Origin: Leptolyngbyaceae cyanobacterium
GTDB taxonomy: Bacteria; Cyanobacteriota; Cyanobacteriia; Phormidesmidales; Phormidesmidaceae
Assembly (NCBI GenBank): GCA_050331235.1
Contig: JBHJHA010000052.1
Span: forward strand, 1-34,037
DNA: 34,037 bases
Reading direction: 5' to 3'
The notes beneath the pieces were generated by a model. That model was not told the origin of the DNA. It searched no databases and saw only the letters and a program-made list of their open reading frames with translations. This document shows, piece after piece, positions 28,070-34,037 of this stretch; position 1 is the first letter of the stretch; each line of letters opens with the position of its first letter. Both the position numbers and the translations under genes were made by a program.

Positions 28070-30247
28070 TTACACCACATCAAAGGTGATGGATAGGGCA
28101 GCTAGCTCTGAGACCCCAATTGCCCGCACATTGGCACGGGTGCCTTCGGGGGGACCTGCGCTAACGTCGCTCAGCAGACTGTCAATCACCTCATTGGGGT
28201 CAGCCACCCCCACTGGGCCCCGGGAAATGCCAGCGTCATCGGCGATCGCCTGCAAGCCCTGAAGGGCGGCATCTAAAGGACTGCTACTCGCCACAATGAG
28301 AATTTCGGTGGTGCCCAATGGTGGCTGTGTCACTAGCTCAAAGCGATCCTTAGCCGGGTCTGGGAGCAACAGTGTCTGCTGGGCCGGTAGCAATGCCGAT
28401 TCTGCCGCCGCCGTCCACTGATTGGGAAACAAAACCGCCATTACACCCGTTGCATCAATGGCTAATACGCTGAGATACAAATCGCGGTTCTCGTTATTTT
28501 GCACCTGAAAGCGGAGTGAGGTGCCAACTGAAATCTGCGGAACGCCGGGTCTCACCGGCGATGTCGCACTGCCTCCCCGTACGGTGAAGGCCTCACCTAG
28601 AAACTGATTGCCAGTCTGGTCCAGCATCGTCACGGCGAGGTTAAGGCGTGAGGTACCAGGATTCAGCGTGAGCTTGACAGTCCGCGCCGCTAGGAGCGAT
28701 CGCAACTTGGATTTCAACCGAGTCACCGCATCCGCGACGGACTCCTCAGGATTGCCATAGGAGTCTGGCACCAGATCTAGCCCTTGGGAAAAGAGCCCAA
28801 CGCTCCCCTCTGCGGGTAAATCAGGCTGTCCGGCCAATTCCTGACGATAGGCCGCAGTCATCCTGCCTAAAATGTAGTGCACCTCTGCTCCCCCCAACGC
28901 CATCGGCTCAAGGTTGGGAATCGCAGCTAGGGCCGTGCGTGCAGTAGCCGTCTCAGTCCCCAGTGACTCATCCAGGCCAATGTGCAACGTCACATTGACG
29001 GGCACTCCTCGCACCTGCTCTTGCAACAGCGCTCCCTGGGGCAGCCCCTCAGCCTCTAGCATCCGACCGCGCCCGGTGAGGCCATCGCGGGTAGTCAAAC
29101 GTACCAGTCCCCGCGATTCCCCAGACTCATCGACCCCCGAGAGCACTGCACCCTCGCTAAAAACTTCCAAGCTTGCTGGATCGACGCCCCCGAGCCAAAC
29201 TTCGACCTCGTCTCCGGCAATACTAGTCACCACGGCCTCCGCCGGAGAGGCGGTCTTTTGGGTGAAATAAAGCGGCTCATTACCAAAGCTGCTGCCCGGC
29301 TGCGCTTCAAATTGGGGCTCTTGCTGGCTAAACGACAGCTCAGTCGTGGTACGGGCTACATTGGGAATCACGCTTCGAAAGGGGGTGCCGCCAGTTTGCT
29401 GCCACAGATACTGTGTCAACACAAATGTAAACGCCCCAGCATAAAAGTCGGTAAAGGGCGCATCCGCCGCATATTGATCTCGCTGAGCCGAAGCGATGGC
29501 CACCCCTTTGGCAATGCCCTGGCGCCGTTGCTGAACAAAATCGTCAGGCCTCAGGTCCAACCGCGACAGCCATTCCGCCTGATAGGCTAGCTCAGCATCG
29601 CTCATGGTGAGACCGCTGCCGCCAGCCCGCGATCGAATCACCAAGTTGCCACGTTTCGCGCCGCCGGAGTGGCAGCTGTCGAGCACGACAGTGTAGTTTT
29701 CCGTGGGCATCGCTCGGCCCAGCAAAAACATAGTGTGGCCTGTAATATCATCGACGGGGCCGCCCTCTCGGGGAAACCCCTCCGGCAAAGTGCTGTCAAC
29801 TGGCACCAGTGTGCTGTTGAACCCATCTGCAAAATCTTGGTCAGGGTCCAACACCCGTGAGCCATGCCCCGAAAAGTGAAACACCACGACATCACCGGGT
29901 TGGGCTTGCTTGAGCAAATGTTCTTCAAAGGCGGTGAGAATACCGTCGCGGCTCGCTTGGGCATCCGTCAGTTTGACAATATCCGCTGGATTAAAGCCAA
30001 ATCGATGAACTAATAGCTGATATTGGAGCTCTACGTCATTAACGCAGCCGTTCAAAGGCGCAAAGTTGCTGTTGATGGGGTAGTCATTGATGCCAACGAG
30101 CAGCGCCAGTTTACGGTTGGTTGACTGAGCCCAAACTTGACCGTAGCGATCGCCCCGGCGCATGACCTCGTTCTGTGACCAACCGAGCACCGCCAAAGTC
30201 GCTCCAGCAGTCTGCAAAAAGTGACGGCGCGAAAAGCCTCGTGACAT
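28070..30247 (-). CDS. Caspase-family (peptidase C14) protease with Tat signal and C-terminal DUF4384-like domain
   Basis: SRRHFLQTAG twin-arginine motif; KLALLVGINDY, LNGCVNDV, FHFSGHG (His), LDSCHSG (Cys); C-terminal YLSVLAIDATG...LFPN. Confidence 0.92.
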   Translation of the reverse strand: MSRGFSRRHFLQTAGATLAVLGWSQNEVMRRGDRYGQVWAQSTNRKLALLVGINDYPINSNFAPLNGCVNDVELQYQLLVHRFGFNPADIVKLTDAQASRDGILTAFEEHLLKQAQPGDVVVFHFSGHGSRVLDPDQDFADGFNSTLVPVDSTLPEGFPREGGPVDDITGHTMFLLGRAMPTENYTVVLDSCHSGGAKRGNLVIRSRAGGSGLTMSDAELAYQAEWLSRLDLRPDDFVQQRRQGIAKGVAIASAQRDQYAADAPFTDFYAGAFTFVLTQYLWQQTGGTPFRSVIPNVARTTTELSFSQQEPQFEAQPGSSFGNEPLYFTQKTASPAEAVVTSIAGDEVEVWLGGVDPASLEVFSEGAVLSGVDESGESRGLVRLTTRDGLTGRGRMLEAEGLPQGALLQEQVRGVPVNVTLHIGLDESLGTETATARTALAAIPNLEPMALGGAEVHYILGRMTAAYRQELAGQPDLPAEGSVGLFSQGLDLVPDSYGNPEESVADAVTRLKSKLRSLLAARTVKLTLNPGTSRLNLAVTMLDQTGNQFLGEAFTVRGGSATSPVRPGVPQISVGTSLRFQVQNNENRDLYLSVLAIDATGVMAVLFPNQWTAAAESALLPAQQTLLLPDPAKDRFELVTQPPLGTTEILIVASSSPLDAALQGLQAIADDAGISRGPVGVADPNEVIDSLLSDVSAGPPEGTRANVRAIGVSELAALSITFDVV

Positions 30248-30619
30248 CGCTCATTCTCCTGTAGTAAGACGCAGTAATAGCGATCAAACTGACCCATTTC
30301 AGCCTACAGTCGTTCCCCCCAGGATTCCTGAGGGCAGGCATGATGCTTAACAGTTCACACCGCATCGGCTCTTCGCAAACCCGAAATATCTCGCCTGGCC
30401 AACACGGTACGCATGGCGATCGCCAAGGCAGCCCAGCCTGACTCTAATCAGCCTAACCCCAAGATATATAGAAGCGTTGGATGGAAGGATTGGTCGCTAC
30501 ATTAAGGTTCAAAGCGTACCCGCTCTGCAAAACAGAGCATATAAATGTTGCAGCGCGCGGGGGACAAGGGCAGCGCGATCGCTCAGCTAGAGAACCCGCC
30601 CTTCCATCCGCAGTTCATG

Positions 30620-30652
30620 AAAATGCCCCGACACCATCAGTGGTGTCGGGGC
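30620..30652 (-). terminator. Rho-independent terminator of the 30699-31088 gene
   Basis: Perfect 12-bp stem GCCCCGACACCA / TGGTGTCGGGGC (30625-30652), followed by ATTTT on the - strand. Confidence 0.65.
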
Positions 30653-30698
30653 GCTGGGGAAAAGGGGATGTGAATCGTAGACAGTCTCCTACGCTTTG

Positions 30699-31088
30699 CT
30701 AGGCCAGCGTCTCTGGACAGTAGCCCAAACCCCTGACAAACTGATTGCGAAACGCTTCGATTTCATCGCGCTCGGGGCGACCATGGGAAACCACAGCAAC
30801 CTGATAACGGCGCATCACATCGACGGGTGACTGCCCAGTCTCTAAGGCCCATAGTGCCATCCGTAACCGAATATTGGGTTCGTGGGAAATGCCTAGTTCA
30901 GTCAGATAAGCCCGAAAATCTTCAGCCGCCTGTTCTTCGATCGTGTCGTGCATTCTGACTTTGATGACCCAACCGTCAATCTGATGGATAACGGTAATCC
31001 AAATCAAGGGTAGATCGGGCGTTCTCAGCAGGTGTTCGACAACTCGAAGGGTTAAGCTTGCGTTGGCGAGGTGATAGATGTAATCCAT
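30699..31088 (-). CDS. Conserved cyanobacterial-type hypothetical protein (129 aa)
   Basis: MDYIYHLANASLTLRVVEHL...HQIDGW...GLGYCPETLA; GGAGG upstream and a terminator downstream. Confidence 0.8.
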   Translation of the reverse strand: MDYIYHLANASLTLRVVEHLLRTPDLPLIWITVIHQIDGWVIKVRMHDTIEEQAAEDFRAYLTELGISHEPNIRLRMALWALETGQSPVDVMRRYQVAVVSHGRPERDEIEAFRNQFVRGLGYCPETLA

Positions 31089-31203
31089 CTTGTGACCCTC
31101 CGGTGGGTACATACACTTATTATTGTCAGAAATTTGCTCCAGTTTAGACATGGAGAAACTCCGCGTATTAGCATGGGGGTTCTACCCAATTACGCGACGG
31201 CCC

Positions 31204-32301
31204 ATGGGTAATATCGACAATCCCGACCTGCAGCTTTCTGCATATGCCTATGATTTACCTCCAGAACAGATTGCCCAAAATCCTATAGAACCGCGCGATC
31301 GCGCCCGCTTACTCGCCGTCACCTCGTCGACTGAGCACGAGCATCGCTGCGTCTACGATTTGCCCAGTCTGCTGCAACCCGGCGATTTACTCGTTCTCAA
31401 CGATACCAAAGTCCTCCCGGCGAGGCTGTTTGGCCATAAACCGGGCGGTGCAGCCGTCGAAATTCTTTTGTTAGAGGAGCGATCGCCCCTCCAGTGGCTG
31501 GCCTTGGTCAAACCCGGTAAGCGTCTAAAACCAGGCACCCAGATTCACTTTGGCGAAACTCGCGATCAGCCACTTCTCATCGCCGACGTGGTAAGCACAG
31601 ATCCAGAGACAAAGGGACGGCTCTTGCAGTTCACCCTACCCCAAGGCGGATCATTTTTTGACATCTGCGATCGCCTGGGTAAAATGCCGTTGCCCCCCTA
31701 CATCACCACATCGACGGCTCCGCCAGATCGCTACCAAACGATCTACGCCGAAAAACTGGGCGCTGTGGCGGCCCCGACCGCAGGCCTACACTTCACGCCG
31801 GACTTATTCACCCGCCTCGAGCATCACGGCATAGCCCACACCTTTATCACCCTGCATGTCGGGGTCGGCACCTTTCGCCCCGTCGAGGCAAAAACCATCA
31901 CCGACCATGCCATGCATGCGGAATGGCTAGAGGTATCTGCGGCAACGGTCGATAAAATTCACCAAACCAAAGCCAATGGGGGACGCGTTATTGCCGTGGG
32001 GACCACCGTCACCCGCGCCCTAGAGGGAGCGGCGCAGTCGGGAAAACTTCGGGCCTTTCAGGGCAAGACCAATCTCTTTATCTATCCAGGTTATCAGTGG
32101 CGTGTGCTCGATGGATTGATGACGAACTTTCACCTTCCTGGCTCTAGTTTGATGATGTTGGTCAGCGCCCTGATTGGCCGGCAACGCCTATTACAGCTTT
32201 ATACCGACGCGATCCACGGGGGGTATCGGTTTTACTCATTTGGCGATGCCATGTTGATTTTGCCAGAGGCTATGACAAACCCGCCTCAGTGCTCTAGTTG
32301 A
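31204..32301 (+). CDS. queA: S-adenosylmethionine:tRNA ribosyltransferase-isomerase
   Basis: YDLPPEQIAQ, LNDTKVLPARL, PLPPYI, AAPTAGLHF, LHVGVGTF, TNFHLP, YRFYSFGDAM. Confidence 0.98.
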   Translation: MGNIDNPDLQLSAYAYDLPPEQIAQNPIEPRDRARLLAVTSSTEHEHRCVYDLPSLLQPGDLLVLNDTKVLPARLFGHKPGGAAVEILLLEERSPLQWLALVKPGKRLKPGTQIHFGETRDQPLLIADVVSTDPETKGRLLQFTLPQGGSFFDICDRLGKMPLPPYITTSTAPPDRYQTIYAEKLGAVAAPTAGLHFTPDLFTRLEHHGIAHTFITLHVGVGTFRPVEAKTITDHAMHAEWLEVSAATVDKIHQTKANGGRVIAVGTTVTRALEGAAQSGKLRAFQGKTNLFIYPGYQWRVLDGLMTNFHLPGSSLMMLVSALIGRQRLLQLYTDAIHGGYRFYSFGDAMLILPEAMTNPPQCSS

Positions 32302-32334
32302 CGGCGATCGCTTCGCGACCAGACATGCCCCCGA

Positions 32335-32559
32335 TCAATTCTCAGCAGATTGCTCGGGCGGATCGCCAATTTCTTCACTGTGGCCACGCACCGGGGGCAG
32401 CTTTTCCACGAGCCCCATTTCAAAGGCGATGTCGGGCAGTTCCCCAGCAATATATTTGCCTGGCTCAAACATGCGGCCCGGGGTGAGGCACATTTGGCGC
32501 AGTTCGACGACTTCGGTTTCCAAAAACATAGCGCGCGAGAGGCGGCGTTCTAGTGGCAT
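32335..32559 (-). CDS. Small hypothetical protein downstream of raf1 (start 32559 or 32529)
   Basis: 74 aa ORF filling the gap between raf1 and convergent queA, with plausible protein composition. Confidence 0.5.
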   Translation of the reverse strand: MPLERRLSRAMFLETEVVELRQMCLTPGRMFEPGKYIAGELPDIAFEMGLVEKLPPVRGHSEEIGDPPEQSAEN

Positions 32560-32644
32560 GAGGAGAGATAGGTATAGGGAACTGAGGCAGGTAGCCGGTA
32601 GTGGGAACCACGGAGTCGGGACCGAGAGAGATACCGTGAAAGGG

Positions 32645-33718
32645 CTATTCCTCGAACTGCATGAGCTCGCGGGTATAGTTTTCGTCCAAGATGCGCTTGG
32701 GCCGCATGACGACCAAAAGTCTGCCCAGCAGCTTGCGGTTAGGCGTCTCTGGCAGCCATTCGATTGCGACTGAATCTCCTTGGTCAGTCAAAAAGTAGCT
32801 GTCGGCATCCCACTCTCGCTGGGCTCGATCCACGATCAATAACACCGTTTCCGGGTTATCAGGGTTTTGGACATTGGGCAGCTGCTTAGGCTGAGCCAAA
32901 ATCCCTACAGGATCTTCGGCCTGCAGTAGCACTTGCCAACCGGGCACCGGCACCCAAGCGGCCGTCCCGTGGCTTTTGACCACACCAAAGGGCTCTTCGG
33001 GCACAATCACCGGGACAGCCTGAAAAGCTTCCAGACTCAGGGGCAGTTGACCCGCTAAGGGCAAAGTCAGGGGCAGTTCGGAGTCGGTTTCTAAGCGGTA
33101 GGTCGGTAGGGTGGGCGCAGGGCGCGATTTCACCACGGTCAGGTCGGTCAACAACGCTTCGATCTGCTGACGGGCGCTGTCACTGGTGGCAAACCGCAAT
33201 GCCTGGGCAATGAGACGGGATCGCGAGGCTAAGTCAGATTGCTGACGGGCAAATTTCCAGTAGGTGTAGGCCACCGCGTCCCCAGCAGTCTCGGTAAAGC
33301 CCTGGGGCGGTTCCTTTAGGTAGGAGTATTCCTTCAGCGCCTTAGCCACATCTTTAATCATGTCGGCATCGAGCCCCTGCTGGAGGGCGAGTTCGGCTGC
33401 TCGAGCGCGATCGCGCTGGGTGAGAATGCGCAGCTCATATAAAACATCACTGCCTCGCTGTGCAAAGTGAGTCTGAACAGCCTCCGGTGCCTGGGCGGCC
33501 ACTATCGAGTCATACACCTGAGCCGCAACAATCACTTGATTTTGCTGCGTCGGCTCAAAGCCAGTATTTTCAAACAGAGTTTGGGGATTCATCCCTGATT
33601 TTTGCAACGCCTGACAAGCTTTGCCCCAGGCCACCCAAGAACCCTCTTTGCGGCGCAGTTGAGTAACCAATTTTTCAATGTCTATGGGCGGATTGGCGGC
33701 GGAATCGGGTGTAGCCAT
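32645..33718 (-). CDS. raf1: RuBisCO accumulation factor 1
   Basis: LRRKEGSWVAWGKAC, FENTGFEPTQQNQVIVAAQVY, GSDVLYELRIL, WVPVPGW, VVMRPKRILDE, acidic C-terminus. Confidence 0.93.
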   Translation of the reverse strand: MATPDSAANPPIDIEKLVTQLRRKEGSWVAWGKACQALQKSGMNPQTLFENTGFEPTQQNQVIVAAQVYDSIVAAQAPEAVQTHFAQRGSDVLYELRILTQRDRARAAELALQQGLDADMIKDVAKALKEYSYLKEPPQGFTETAGDAVAYTYWKFARQQSDLASRSRLIAQALRFATSDSARQQIEALLTDLTVVKSRPAPTLPTYRLETDSELPLTLPLAGQLPLSLEAFQAVPVIVPEEPFGVVKSHGTAAWVPVPGWQVLLQAEDPVGILAQPKQLPNVQNPDNPETVLLIVDRAQREWDADSYFLTDQGDSVAIEWLPETPNRKLLGRLLVVMRPKRILDENYTRELMQFEE

Positions 33719-33844
33719 TGGCAAAAAATGGATGCGATCGAACTGCCCTGACTCTAGCGTGTTTCTTTCTCTGAGCATCATTAATTTCTCTGTAGTGCTT
33801 GACGCTAAGGGTACAGACAGGGCATGATCATATTCGCGTTGTCT

Positions 33845-33917
33845 GGGGCTATAGCTCAGTTGGTAGAGCACTTGAATGGCATTCAAGGGGTCAGCGGTTC
33901 GAATCCGCTTAGCTCCA
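33845..33917 (+). tRNA. tRNA-Ala (anticodon GGC)
   Basis: Cloverleaf: GGGGCTA/TAGCTCC acceptor stem with G3:U70, anticodon loop ATGGCAT, T-loop TTCGAAT. CCA not encoded. Confidence 0.98.
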
Positions 33918-34037
33918 TCACAAACCAATTCAGCGTTGTCTGAAAGAGTCTAGGAACTCCTCTCTGTAGCTGAGTTTCTCTTGATTCTTTGTCCAAGTTT
34001 GTCTGACAAAATCCATTGTCATCTGGGGGCACTTGGG
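33918..34037 (+). mobile_element. Possible attL-proximal region of an element integrated at tRNA-Ala
   Basis: RTCYR repeats at 10-bp spacing and terminal TGGGGGCACTTGGG directly after the tRNA 3' end. No integrase is visible in the window. Confidence 0.4.

Larger units (their letters stand above)
261..33414. repeat. HIP1 octamer GCGATCGC dispersed through the window
   Basis: Many copies, e.g. 261-268, 292-299, overlapping pairs at 1017-1030 and 21877-21890, last at 33407-33414. Confidence 0.95.

Noticed and set aside
7647..29964. Numerous short alternative-frame and antisense ORFs inside purL, DUF3084, thrC, the kinase, argD and the caspase gene
   Set aside because: Shadow ORFs of well-supported genes with no independent coding signal.
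31123..31203. Upstream starts for queA and for the divergent hypothetical gene
   Set aside because: The extended ORFs overlap each other; the conserved regions begin at 31204 and 31088.
33719..33928. N-terminal extension of the Raf1 ORF in the ORF track
   Set aside because: It runs antisense through tRNA-Ala; Raf1 similarity starts only near the ATG at 33718.

Overview
Chromosomal DNA of a cyanobacterium, inferred from abundant HIP1 (GCGATCGC) sites and the genes apcD, psbP, ntcA, pex and raf1. Most of the window is housekeeping: a 5'-truncated MFS transporter, purL, apcD, a PLP decarboxylase, pex, DUF3084-ntcA, a thrC-like gene with a MoaD/ThiS partner, maf, psbP, a methyltransferase, a receiver-adenylate cyclase with a hybrid histidine kinase, argD, queA, raf1 and tRNA-Ala(GGC). 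Six things stand out. (1) Three proteins without signal peptides have unrelated extracellular-type N-termini but share a C-terminal cassette (linker plus five ~43-aa repeats), a candidate sorting or anchoring module; two of them have long structured leaders. (2) A Tat-signal caspase-family protease with an intact His/Cys dyad lies upstream of the third cassette gene. (3) The thrC-like/sulfur-carrier pair is preceded by a perfect Rrf2/IscR-type palindrome, suggesting sulfur incorporation rather than threonine synthesis. (4) An orphan + strand sRNA candidate at ~9488-9563, possibly PsrR1-like. (5) A canonical NtcA box upstream of ntcA. (6) att-like periodic repeats just after the tRNA, suggesting an integrated element starts at the right edge. 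No database searches were run; all family calls come from motif recognition.
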